Part shown: piece after piece, positions 17,884-27,292 of the stretch
Numbering within the stretch: the stretch's first letter is position 1
Layout of the letters: each line of letters opens with the position of its first letter
Source: Deltaproteobacteria bacterium
Lineage (GTDB): Bacteria; Desulfobacterota; Desulfomonilia; UBA1062
Direction of reading: 5' to 3'
Length of the DNA stretch: 64,000 nucleotides
Assembly: GCA_011046135.1 (NCBI GenBank)
Contig: DSBG01000042.1
Coordinates: 10,184 to 74,183 of the forward strand
The notes under the pieces: model-generated
The model's input: the letters and a program-made list of their open reading frames with translations, nothing else
Told to the model about the DNA's origin: nothing
The model's database searches: none
Program-made: the position numbers and the translations under genes

Positions 17884-18507
17884 ATGCTGTTGAATACGGT
17901 CGTAGTCACCGAGTTCATGACGAACTGTTTCATCATTGCAGACAAAGAAACCAGAGATGCTCTCGTAATCGATCCGGGCGGGGAAGGAGAGAAGATACTG
18001 CGAGAGATTGAGAAAAACAGTTTGAATGTGATCGGTATCGTGAACACGCATGGCCACGTCGATCACATCGGGGCCATCAGGGATATCAAGGATGCCACCA
18101 ATGCCGAGATCATGATCCATTCTTCTGAACTCGCGATTCTTCAGAGTGCCTCCAAGATGGGGAGGCTTTTCGGTATCAGTGTCGCCGAACCACCAGAGCC
18201 GGATCGGTTTCTGAGCCATGGAGATACCGTTACCTGCGGCAAGATCTCTCTTTCAGTCCTCGAAACCCCGGGGCATTCACCCGGTGGAATATCACTGGTC
18301 ACCGCTGACAAGAAGTTCTGTTTTGCCGGAGACACCTTGTTTGCAGGATCCATCGGAAGGACGGATTTACCCGGCGGAGACTATCACACGCTCATCCACT
18401 CCATCCAAACACAGTTGATTCCCCTCGGTGATGAGGTGAAGGTGCTTCCCGGTCATGGTCCGGCGACGACAATTGGTTCAGAACGCAGGTACAATCCATT
18501 TTTATAA
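17884..18507 (+). CDS. MBL-fold metallo-hydrolase (glyoxalase II-like, YcbL/GloC type)
   Basis: THGHVDHIG, TPGHSPGG, GDTLFAGSIGRTD, LPGHG. Confidence 0.92.
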   Translation: MLLNTVVVTEFMTNCFIIADKETRDALVIDPGGEGEKILREIEKNSLNVIGIVNTHGHVDHIGAIRDIKDATNAEIMIHSSELAILQSASKMGRLFGISVAEPPEPDRFLSHGDTVTCGKISLSVLETPGHSPGGISLVTADKKFCFAGDTLFAGSIGRTDLPGGDYHTLIHSIQTQLIPLGDEVKVLPGHGPATTIGSERRYNPFL

Positions 18508-18520
18508 GGGAGGGACAGAG

Positions 18521-18949
18521 ATGCAAAGAAAGATAGTGTTCATGGTTACGGGCCTCGTGCTGGTTTCTCTGCTTGCTACGGGCTGCGCACGAATGAAGGA
18601 AAGCTTGCCGGGTTTCTCTCCTGCCCCTGCCGTTCAAGCTTCATCGCGCTATCTCGATTTCGGCGATGTCCTCATCCCCGGTGATCTGGTGCGTGTTCAC
18701 AAGGAATCGTACATCACTAATGGTCACGGGAGGCTCATGCTCTCCGGAAGGATAGAGAGTGAAACCCTCTCTCAGTTCTTTGCCACCTCGATGTATTCGG
18801 ATGGGTGGGTTGCCCTGAATCACTATAAATTCCAAGGTTCAATCAAGATGTTTTTCAAGAAACGCGAGAGGATCGCATCCTTGTTGATAACAGAACATCC
18901 TCTCGGAACAAGGGTCGAGATATGGGTGGTTCCACAGGAAAAGATGTAG
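18521..18949 (+). CDS. Hypothetical lipoprotein
   Basis: GGAGG RBS, ATG 18521, signal peptide ending in lipobox LATG-C. Confidence 0.75.
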   Translation: MQRKIVFMVTGLVLVSLLATGCARMKESLPGFSPAPAVQASSRYLDFGDVLIPGDLVRVHKESYITNGHGRLMLSGRIESETLSQFFATSMYSDGWVALNHYKFQGSIKMFFKKRERIASLLITEHPLGTRVEIWVVPQEKM

Positions 18950-20136
18950 AAGCCAGAACGGTCGTCTTCGGGATTACGGGGGGCATTGCTGCATACAAGG
19001 CCCCGCTGATCATCAGGGCACTCAAGGGAGCTTCCCTCAATGTTCATGTGGTCATGACCGAGGATGCCAGGCACTTTGTCACGGAGCTGACCCTCCAGAC
19101 CCTTGCAGGAACCCCGGTGCACTGCGAGATGTTCGGAAACGTGAACACCCAGTGGTATGAAATAGAGCACATTTCCCTGGCCGATCGTGCAGACCTGTTC
19201 CTCATAGCTCCCGCCACGGCGAATTTTCTTGCTAAGCTCTCCTGTGGTCTCGCGGATGATCTGCTTTCCTGTGCTTGTCTCGCAACCAGGGCACCAATCC
19301 TTGTCTGTCCTTCCATGAATGTGAATATGCTCACCAACAGAGCAACGCAGGAAAACCTGGAAACGCTCAGGAGGCGAGGGGTTCACATCCTCGATCCGGT
19401 ATCCGGAGAACTCGCATGCGGGTGGGAAGGAGCAGGGAGAATGCCCGATCCAGAGCGTATCGTGGCGGAGGTGAAGAAGCTCCTGTCAAAGGGTGATCTC
19501 ACGGGTATCAAGGTCCTGGTGACCTGCGGTCCCACCTGTGAAGACATCGACCCTGTCCGGTACATCACGAACCGCTCTACCGGCAAGATGGGTTGTGCCA
19601 TTGTCGAAGCGGCATGCCTGCGCGGGGCGCAGGTGAAGGTGATAAGCGGACCTGTTGCTCTCTCGTTTGCTCCGTGGGCCGAGATCATTCAGGTGCGAAC
19701 AGCATCACAGATGCTCGATGCTGTCATGGAACAGCTTCAGGAAGCGGATGTACTCATCATGGCTGCGGCCGTAGCGGATTACGTGCCGAGCAGGTACAGT
19801 TCCACGAAGATAAAGAAAGGCACCAAGGGTACGACCCTCGAACTGTCATCCAGTCCTGATATTCTTGCCACCATTCGGCCACAAAAGGAATCAAAGGTCT
19901 TTGTCGGGTTTGCTGCCGAGACAGAGAATATTCGCAACTATGCTCAGGAAAAGATGCGCAGAAAGGGACTTGACATGATCGTAGCCAACCGCGTGGGAAC
20001 GATTGGAAGCGGGTTTGGTTCCGATACCAACAGCGGCGTTGTCCTCTCCCCCGAGGGTGTTCTGTATGACTTCGAACACATGGCAAAGGACACCCTTGCG
20101 CATAAGATACTGGATTTTGTGAAAGAACGATTGTGA
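18922..20136 (+). CDS. coaBC: Phosphopantothenoylcysteine decarboxylase/ligase (start uncertain)
   Basis: GITGGIAAYK, APATAN, PSMNVNM, LACGWEGAGRM, DPVRYITNRSTGKMG, VGFAAET. Confidence 0.96.
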   Translation: MGGSTGKDVEARTVVFGITGGIAAYKAPLIIRALKGASLNVHVVMTEDARHFVTELTLQTLAGTPVHCEMFGNVNTQWYEIEHISLADRADLFLIAPATANFLAKLSCGLADDLLSCACLATRAPILVCPSMNVNMLTNRATQENLETLRRRGVHILDPVSGELACGWEGAGRMPDPERIVAEVKKLLSKGDLTGIKVLVTCGPTCEDIDPVRYITNRSTGKMGCAIVEAACLRGAQVKVISGPVALSFAPWAEIIQVRTASQMLDAVMEQLQEADVLIMAAAVADYVPSRYSSTKIKKGTKGTTLELSSSPDILATIRPQKESKVFVGFAAETENIRNYAQEKMRRKGLDMIVANRVGTIGSGFGSDTNSGVVLSPEGVLYDFEHMAKDTLAHKILDFVKERL

Positions 20137-20789
20137 AAGATCAGGTACTCCATGTGTTACGCGAAGAGGCACTCTGGTCCGGCCCCTATTTGATGCTGCC
20201 CGATATACCGGAACTCCTGAACCCGGAACGGGAACTCGAGCGTCTGAACGAGGCAGCTCTGGGTTGTGTCAGATGCCCGCTGGGGAAGGTGCGGAAGAAT
20301 CTGGTATTTGGCAAGGGAGATCCCCAGGCCAGGATCATGTTCGTCGGGGAAGCTCCAGGAGCAGTGGAAGACAATACCGGGATGCCCTTTGTCGGACCTG
20401 CCGGAAGCCTTCTGACGGATATCATTGAAAAAGGCATGGGGCTTAAACGCCCCGAAGTCTACATTGCCAATATCCTGAAATGCAGACCTCCGCAGAACAG
20501 AGATCCCCTGCCTGAGGAAATCAATCAGTGTATGGGTTTTCTCGTAAGCCAGATTAAAATTATTCAACCACAGGTCATCGTTGCGCTGGGTCGGGTCGCC
20601 TCTCAGACCCTCCTCGATACGAGGGAACCCATCTCCCGTCTCAGGGGGAGCTTCTTCTCATACAGAGGGATACAGCTCATGCCGACATACCACCCGAGTT
20701 ACCTGTTACAAAATCCAGCAAAGAAGAGGGACGTATGGGAAGACATAAAGAACGTAATGGATTTTCTCGGTATGCCACGAGTTCGCTGA
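20133..20789 (+). CDS. Uracil-DNA glycosylase family 4
   Basis: CVRCPL, FVGEAPG, PFVGPAG, KCRPPQNR, TYHPSYL. Confidence 0.95.
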   Translation: MKDQVLHVLREEALWSGPYLMLPDIPELLNPERELERLNEAALGCVRCPLGKVRKNLVFGKGDPQARIMFVGEAPGAVEDNTGMPFVGPAGSLLTDIIEKGMGLKRPEVYIANILKCRPPQNRDPLPEEINQCMGFLVSQIKIIQPQVIVALGRVASQTLLDTREPISRLRGSFFSYRGIQLMPTYHPSYLLQNPAKKRDVWEDIKNVMDFLGMPRVR

Positions 20790-22093
20790 GGATTCTGGTC
20801 CTCCTCGCGAGCATAGTGCTTTTTCTTGCTTTTTCCGCAACGGCACAGGAGCTGTATGTCATCGAGGTCAAGGATGCCATAAGCCCCCCGGTGGCGTCCT
20901 ACATCATCGAAAACATCGATGAGGCGATCAGTCTCAATCTGGCTGCCGTCATTATCCGTCTGGATACTCCCGGGGGGCTCGACACAGCCATGAGAGATAT
21001 TATCCAGAAGATCATGAATGCTCCTATCCCGGTGATCGTCTACGTTTCCCCAAAAGGCGCCAGGGCCGCATCCGCAGGGGCCATCATCACCCTCGCATCC
21101 GACATCGCCGCCATGGCACCGGGGACGAACCTTGGCGCAGCGCATCCGGTCAGCATCGGGAGAACAGAAGGGCAGGAAGGCCAGGACGAAACCATGGCGG
21201 AAAAGGTTACCAATGATGCCGTAGCTTATGCCAAGAGCATCGCGCGAGAAAGAGGCAGAAACGAACAGTGGGCAGAAGACGCAGTGAGAAAGAGTATCTC
21301 GACGCAGGCAACCGAAGCCCTTGAACTCGGTGTGATCGACATCGTTGCGGAGAACATGGAAGACCTTCTGAAGCAGATCGATGGGAGGATCGTGAAAAAG
21401 GATTCCACTACCTTCGAGCTGAGCACAAAGGAAGCACGACTCGTTGAGAATCCCATGGGTCTCAGGTATCGGATTCTCTCAGCCATATCCAATCCCAACG
21501 TCGCCTATATCCTCATGCTTATCGGCCTTGCAGGCATCTACTTCGAACTTTCGAATCCAGGAGCGATTCTCCCGGGTGTGATCGGAGGAATCTCGCTGAT
21601 TCTGGCCTTCTTTGCATTCCAGACGCTACCGGTGAATTTTGCCGGGATGGCACTTATTATCCTGGCCATGATCCTGTTCATTGCAGAGATCAAGGTCCCA
21701 AGCTTCGGACTACTCACCACAGGAGGGGTAATTTCTATGATCCTTGGTTCTGTTCTCTTATTCAGGACGCCTGAGCTCTATGCACAGGTTTCCTGGGCGA
21801 TCATACTGCCGATAACGCTTTTCTTTGCAGCATTTTTCGTTATGTGTGTCTATCTGGTTGTCAAGGCTCATCGGATCACACCCAAGGGGGGTGGATACCA
21901 GGGGTTGCGAGGAGAGAAAGCTATTGTCTACAGCTGGAATGAGGATGGATCCGGCAAAGTTTTCTGCAACGGAGAATACTGGAACGCGCAAGGACCCCAG
22001 ACCCTCAAGAAGGGCGATGCCGTGGTAGTTAAAGATGTCAGCGGCATGGAGCTTTTCGTGGATCCCTACCGAGACAGCCGCGATGCGAGTTGA
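20735..22093 (+). CDS. NfeD-family membrane-bound serine protease (long form)
   Basis: LDTPGGL, AASAG, AMAPGTNLGAAHP; TM region; C-terminal OB-like GEYWNA. Confidence 0.93.
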   Translation: MGRHKERNGFSRYATSSLRILVLLASIVLFLAFSATAQELYVIEVKDAISPPVASYIIENIDEAISLNLAAVIIRLDTPGGLDTAMRDIIQKIMNAPIPVIVYVSPKGARAASAGAIITLASDIAAMAPGTNLGAAHPVSIGRTEGQEGQDETMAEKVTNDAVAYAKSIARERGRNEQWAEDAVRKSISTQATEALELGVIDIVAENMEDLLKQIDGRIVKKDSTTFELSTKEARLVENPMGLRYRILSAISNPNVAYILMLIGLAGIYFELSNPGAILPGVIGGISLILAFFAFQTLPVNFAGMALIILAMILFIAEIKVPSFGLLTTGGVISMILGSVLLFRTPELYAQVSWAIILPITLFFAAFFVMCVYLVVKAHRITPKGGGYQGLRGEKAIVYSWNEDGSGKVFCNGEYWNAQGPQTLKKGDAVVVKDVSGMELFVDPYRDSRDAS

Positions 22094-23121
22094 TGATCGC
22101 CGTTGCTCTCTCGGGTGGGGATGATTCCACGGCAGCAGCCCTGATTCTCCATGAACAGGGCGAAGAGATCATGGGCATTACCCTGCTCCTCGATGAAGGG
22201 GTCCCGGATCGAGTTCATCTTGAAAGCGCTGCGCATCTCTGCCGGCACCTCGGAGTTGCCCACCATGTTCTCGATGTCCGTAAGAAATTTTCATCCATTC
22301 CCGCCTACTTCCTCAGAGAATATCTGCACGGGAAGACACCAAATCCCTGTGCAGTGTGCAACAGAGACATCAAGTTCAGGGTGTTCATGAAACAGGCCTC
22401 TGCTCTGGGTGCCGATGCAATGGCGACCGGACACTACGCACAAAAGGGAACGTCACAGGGGAGATACTACCTCATGCAGGCGCGGGAAGCGAACTCCCAG
22501 GAGTACTTTCTGGGGCTTCTTTCGCAGGAGGATCTCATGCACGCGTTGTTCCCCCTTGGAGAGATAACGCGTTCCCAGGCCCGGGAGCTGGTGAAGGCCA
22601 GCGGGATACCTCGGTCGAACATCAGGCCATCACAGAATGTCTGCTTTGTCCCCCGTGGTGGCTATGTGCCCTTTGTCTGTTCCTCTACTGGCCATACTCC
22701 TGTCCCGGGGAGAATCCTGGATCTCGAGGGGCGGATTCTCGGTGTCCATCGGGGGGTTATTCGCTACACCCCGGGGCAGCGCAAAGGCCTCGGAACAGGG
22801 TTTGGACGAAAGGTCTATGTTTTGTCAAAAGAGATCTCTGATAATACTATTACGGTCGGGAACCTCGATCAGTGGCCGTACACGGGATTTCGTGTCACCG
22901 GGTTAAATTACATGAAAGCATCAGTACTCGAGAGTGACGCGTCGGTTTTCGTCAAGGTCAGGTATCGACAGAACCCTGTTCCTGCACGCATCCTTTCCAC
23001 TGACGGGGGATGTATTGAGGTCGGGTACACGGGGATTGTCGCTCCGGGACAGCTTGCTGCTTTGTATGACGCTCAGAATGCTATTCTCGCCGCAGGGATC
23101 ATCGAAACTCCCGTGAGGTAG
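22090..23121 (+). CDS. mnmA: tRNA 2-thiouridylase MnmA-family protein
   Basis: ALSGGDDS, TPNPCAVCN, ATGHYA, YTPGQRKGLG, KVRYR, APGQ. Confidence 0.88.
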   Translation: MMIAVALSGGDDSTAAALILHEQGEEIMGITLLLDEGVPDRVHLESAAHLCRHLGVAHHVLDVRKKFSSIPAYFLREYLHGKTPNPCAVCNRDIKFRVFMKQASALGADAMATGHYAQKGTSQGRYYLMQAREANSQEYFLGLLSQEDLMHALFPLGEITRSQARELVKASGIPRSNIRPSQNVCFVPRGGYVPFVCSSTGHTPVPGRILDLEGRILGVHRGVIRYTPGQRKGLGTGFGRKVYVLSKEISDNTITVGNLDQWPYTGFRVTGLNYMKASVLESDASVFVKVRYRQNPVPARILSTDGGCIEVGYTGIVAPGQLAALYDAQNAILAAGIIETPVR

Positions 23122-23154
23122 AGTGTAAATTGAGAGGAAAAAGGAGAGAACCAG

Positions 23155-23754
23155 ATGAGGGGTCTTTCGTGCGAAAAGAACGCAGCACTTCACAGAAGGA
23201 GCATTACGAGCACGACCTTTCACGTGAAGGATGAGATCATCATGGTAGAGGGGATCCTTAGGGATGAACGATGTGTGGACAGTTTCTCGGTGGAAACCGG
23301 AGAGAAGATCCCCCCCTTCATTGTCCACGAGATCATCCTCAGGCTGCTTGTGGAAGGGCCGGAGCTTGTCATCCGAGATCTTGAGGTGGACATGAAGCAT
23401 GTGCCGCGCACTCAATGCGACCAGACACGGGATAGTTTGAGACAGATTATCGGGCAGAGGATTGCTCCAGGTTTCTCGGACATGGTAAAGAAGAACTTCG
23501 GAGGACCCCACGGGTGCGCTCATCTCAATGCCCTGCTCCTGGCGATGGCACCGTCGTGCGTGCAGGGATACTGGGCATGGAGGGTGAGTAAACCCCTTAC
23601 CTTCGAACAAGCGTCACGGGGTCTCGATGAGCGCTACCTCATTGATACCTGCTGGGTTTGGAGATCTGGAGGTGATCTGGAAAGAGATCTCCGTGCAAGG
23701 AGCGAGAACGCACAGGGGAGCAAACAGGGGAACACTCGGGAAAAACAGGAATAA
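23155..23754 (+). CDS. DUF2889-like protein
   Basis: HRRSI...EGILRD, GCAHL, DTCWVW motifs. Confidence 0.7.
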   Translation: MRGLSCEKNAALHRRSITSTTFHVKDEIIMVEGILRDERCVDSFSVETGEKIPPFIVHEIILRLLVEGPELVIRDLEVDMKHVPRTQCDQTRDSLRQIIGQRIAPGFSDMVKKNFGGPHGCAHLNALLLAMAPSCVQGYWAWRVSKPLTFEQASRGLDERYLIDTCWVWRSGGDLERDLRARSENAQGSKQGNTREKQE

Positions 23755-23795
23755 ACTGAGTGCACGGGAACTGGAGCTGAAAGGGGAAAGAGCAC

Positions 23796-24560
23796 ATGCC
23801 CAGTATTGGTGGAAGAGCCCATACCATTGAACAAATCCGAGAGATCGGTGAACGTGGGTATCCATTTGCAGAGATATCTCTGAATGATCCAGGCGAGGTG
23901 GAAGCGAACCTGAGCCAATATCTTCGTCTCAAGAGTCTCTATGGCATCTCCTATCTCGCCCATTATCCCAACGAGGACAACCCCTTTGATGTGGAGGTGC
24001 TCAAGCAGAAATTTGTTCCCCGAATCAAGAAGCTCGTTGATCTCTCCGGTGCGCTTGGAATAGCAAAGAGCACGCTCCATTTCTGGATCGACAAGAGATG
24101 GGCTCCCCACGGGCTCATTGATGCAAAGCTTCCTATTCTGGCAGAGCTGGTGGAATATGCGATGGTTCATGGAGTGGTCCTCTGTATTGAGAATCTGAGT
24201 GAGCGTCACGACAGCTTTGCACTGGCATTCGATGCGATTCCCGAACTGAAGATGACCCTTGATATAGGTCATGGCCAACTTCTTTCCAAAAAGAACACCT
24301 CTTTTGACTTTATCAGGTACTGCTTTCCCAGAATAAGTCACATCCATGTTCATGATAACCTTGGAGGCACAAGCGTACACGATGATCTGCATCTTTCCCT
24401 GGGAAAAGGCATCGTGGAATACCGTGCCATCCTCTCATCACTCAAAGAGAACGGATACGACTCCACTATTACCATGGAGGTGAAGCCTCAGGACATGCTG
24501 CATACGCATAGGGAAATCGAACATGTTTTCCGCGGAGATTTGCCCCATGGCCCGGAGTGA
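23796..24560 (+). CDS. Sugar phosphate isomerase/epimerase (AP endonuclease 2) TIM-barrel protein
   Basis: LCIENL, TLDIGHG, HIHVHDN, DLHL, ITMEV metal-binding pattern. Confidence 0.85.
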   Translation: MPSIGGRAHTIEQIREIGERGYPFAEISLNDPGEVEANLSQYLRLKSLYGISYLAHYPNEDNPFDVEVLKQKFVPRIKKLVDLSGALGIAKSTLHFWIDKRWAPHGLIDAKLPILAELVEYAMVHGVVLCIENLSERHDSFALAFDAIPELKMTLDIGHGQLLSKKNTSFDFIRYCFPRISHIHVHDNLGGTSVHDDLHLSLGKGIVEYRAILSSLKENGYDSTITMEVKPQDMLHTHREIEHVFRGDLPHGPE

Positions 24561-24689
24561 TCATATCGACACGGGTTCAGGCGTTAGACACGATTTTTCG
24601 ACGACGAGAAAAACGAGACAGGACGGCCTCTTTTCCAGAAGGCTCTCACACCTTGACTTGCAGATGCTCTCAGAGGTAATGAGGGACAC

Positions 24690-26381
24690 ATGGTAACCAT
24701 TTCTCCCCAATGGGTGATCAAGGGGCATGTTGATCCGGCACTTCTTCCGGGCACGAAGTTCTCTTCGACATTCAGGTCACTCATGTGGAGCAGGGGGATT
24801 GAAGACCCTGATGAACTCATGAGTTTCCTCTGCCCGCATCTCGGTCAGCTCAGAAACCCCATAGCCATGAAAGGCATCCCCCGAGCATGCGAACGGATTG
24901 TCGAAGCCATCAAGGCCGAGGAGACAATTGGGGTGTTTACGGACTATGACGTTGACGGTGTGTGCAGCGCAGCCCTGTTGCATCGCTTTCTCGTTCAGAT
25001 CGGATGCAGACCCCCGATGATCTTTATTCCTGACAGGATAACAGAGGGATACGGTCTGAACATGAGAGGGATTAAGGAACTCCATGATGAGGGGGTGACT
25101 CTCCTCATTACCGCGGATTGTGGGATAACAGCCCGGCAGGAGGTTGCCTACGCTGGTTCTCTGGGCATGAGTGTCATAATTACGGATCATCACGAACCCA
25201 ATGGATTGGTCCCAGATGCGCACAGTGTTATCAATCCCAAGCAGAGCGGGTGTATGTTCAAGGGAGAAGATCTCTGTGGAGCTGGGGTGGTTTTTCACCT
25301 GATCGTGGCTCTGCGAACCCTCCTGAGAGAGCTTGGCTGGAACAATCTGCCGAATCTGAGAGATGAACTCGATCTTGTGGCCATGGCTACGGTCGCCGAC
25401 GCTGTCAGTTTGGATGGAGTAAACCGAATCCTCGTCAAGGAAGGTTTGAATGTGCTCAATTCTTCCGGGCGTGTTGGTATTTCTGCCCTTGTGAAGGTCT
25501 CCGGCATCAGAAAGGAGGTGCTTTCCCGCGACCTTGGTTTTATTCTCAGCCCGAGAATTAACGCTGCAGGCCGTATAGCAGACGCGAAGAAAGCATTTCA
25601 TCTACTCACCACGCAGCATGAGCAGGAGGCCATTCTTCTTGCTACGGAACTTGACAAGCTCAATCGGCTCAGACAGATGCACGAGCAGAAAGTCATCGAG
25701 CAGGCATTGAACTTTCTTGAAGAATCTCATCAGTTAGAAGGGGTGACTGTTGTTGCGCATCAGGACTGGCATATAGGCGTGTTGGGAATTGTCGCCTCCC
25801 GCCTCGTATCGCTGTTCTCACGACCCGCCATTGTCCTGTCCATAGTGAAGGGGGTGGGCATCGGTTCGGGCAGATCCATAAGTGGAATCGATCTGCACGC
25901 CAGTCTTTCAGAAGTTTCAGATCTGCTCAGAGAATATGGCGGTCATAAGATGGCCGTGGGCCTCAGTATCGATGAGGAGAACATCGCGAATTTTTCCCTG
26001 GCGCTGAATGAGGTCATATTACGCGAGTCTACCGACATGGCATCGCCTTTTGAGGTTGATCTCCAAATCTCTCCCCTTGATCTTACCCCAGCTCTGATGG
26101 ATGAACTGGAGCTTCTCTCTCCCTTCGGAGAGGGCAACCCTGAGCCCGTATTCTATATGCCGGGAATGGAGATCGTGAGCAGGAGAAAAGATAAATCCGG
26201 AATGGTAAAGCTTATTCTCAGGCACTCAAACAGGACGTTTCACACCCTGCGCTGTTCCCTGGATGATAAGGTGTCTTTACCGAAAACACACCTCGATGTT
26301 GCATTCACTCCGATCAAGCTTCGGCTCAATGGACATAGCTATCTCTATCTCGCGTTGAAGGCAGTCGCTCCAGGCTCTTGA
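24690..26381 (+). CDS. recJ: Single-stranded DNA exonuclease RecJ
   Basis: DYDVDG, ITADCG, TDHH, PRINAAGR, GSGRS, GGHKMAVG. Confidence 0.96.
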   Translation: MVTISPQWVIKGHVDPALLPGTKFSSTFRSLMWSRGIEDPDELMSFLCPHLGQLRNPIAMKGIPRACERIVEAIKAEETIGVFTDYDVDGVCSAALLHRFLVQIGCRPPMIFIPDRITEGYGLNMRGIKELHDEGVTLLITADCGITARQEVAYAGSLGMSVIITDHHEPNGLVPDAHSVINPKQSGCMFKGEDLCGAGVVFHLIVALRTLLRELGWNNLPNLRDELDLVAMATVADAVSLDGVNRILVKEGLNVLNSSGRVGISALVKVSGIRKEVLSRDLGFILSPRINAAGRIADAKKAFHLLTTQHEQEAILLATELDKLNRLRQMHEQKVIEQALNFLEESHQLEGVTVVAHQDWHIGVLGIVASRLVSLFSRPAIVLSIVKGVGIGSGRSISGIDLHASLSEVSDLLREYGGHKMAVGLSIDEENIANFSLALNEVILRESTDMASPFEVDLQISPLDLTPALMDELELLSPFGEGNPEPVFYMPGMEIVSRRKDKSGMVKLILRHSNRTFHTLRCSLDDKVSLPKTHLDVAFTPIKLRLNGHSYLYLALKAVAPGS

Positions 26382-27291
26382 TTTCTTTCGAGAGAGCCTT
26401 CTGGTGGTCGAGAATGCTCGTGATTTCTTGAGGGATGAGTTCCCGGGTTATCCTTGGTTCTCCCACCATGACAAGACCAGTCAGGGCGAGACCGAAGAGG
26501 ATGAATATGGAGGCTTGGGCAAGGAATCTGAAGAAGGCATTTCTCGCCGAGGAGAAATCACGCTTTTCCTTTGTGCCCTCGGGAAAGACCTCAATGAGGC
26601 CCAGGTCAATGAGTTTCACCAGGGAACCCAGTGCTTCAAAGGGGGGCTCCAGGGACTTCATGACAATACTTTCGATGGTGTTCTTTTCATCGATGAGATC
26701 AAAGATATGCATGTCCACATCCGAGAGATGGTGCTTTGCGACGATCTCCTCGGTCAAAGACATGATGGTCACCGGGCAGTAATCCACAGGTGGGATTTTC
26801 TGCTTGATCATGGGCCACTCATCGATCATGCGCAAGGTATCCAGGATCACACCTTCCGTCTGAATGTGGCAAATGAGCATATTTTCCGTTTCAAGATCCC
26901 AGTCTTCGAATCGGTAACTGCCCTCTCTCCACTGGAAGATATCCAAGAGTATCTGCTTGATAACTACGTTGGTCGCCTTTGCAATGAATGACTCCTTCAG
27001 ATTACCCTGGGAGATCAGAATTTCGTGCCATTTCTGAGCATTTTTCTTCTGTTGTTCGAAGGCGGCCTTCACTTCTTTGTCTCGAAGGAATCCGGCTTTC
27101 AGGAGAACTTCTGCACGGGGGTCCATATCCCATTTGTCTGAGATGATACCCACGATAACCCCGTTTTCAAAGGCGATAGTGACCTTTGCCTTGGGGGAGG
27201 AAAGGATGAGCGATCCAGTTTTCATCTGCTGTGAGATGAGCTGAAAGATCTCGGTGACACCAAATCCCTTGAGGGTTCCCAGTAAGGCCAT
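26326..27291 (-). CDS. DUF4388 (PatA_N-like) domain protein with C-terminal TM
   Basis: MALLGTLKGFGVTEIFQLISQQMKTGSL; FQWREGSYRFE; hydrophobic C-terminal segment. Confidence 0.85.
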   Translation of the reverse strand: MALLGTLKGFGVTEIFQLISQQMKTGSLILSSPKAKVTIAFENGVIVGIISDKWDMDPRAEVLLKAGFLRDKEVKAAFEQQKKNAQKWHEILISQGNLKESFIAKATNVVIKQILLDIFQWREGSYRFEDWDLETENMLICHIQTEGVILDTLRMIDEWPMIKQKIPPVDYCPVTIMSLTEEIVAKHHLSDVDMHIFDLIDEKNTIESIVMKSLEPPFEALGSLVKLIDLGLIEVFPEGTKEKRDFSSARNAFFRFLAQASIFILFGLALTGLVMVGEPRITRELIPQEITSILDHQKALSKEIKSLERLPSTRDRDSYVH

Positions 27292-27292
27292 G

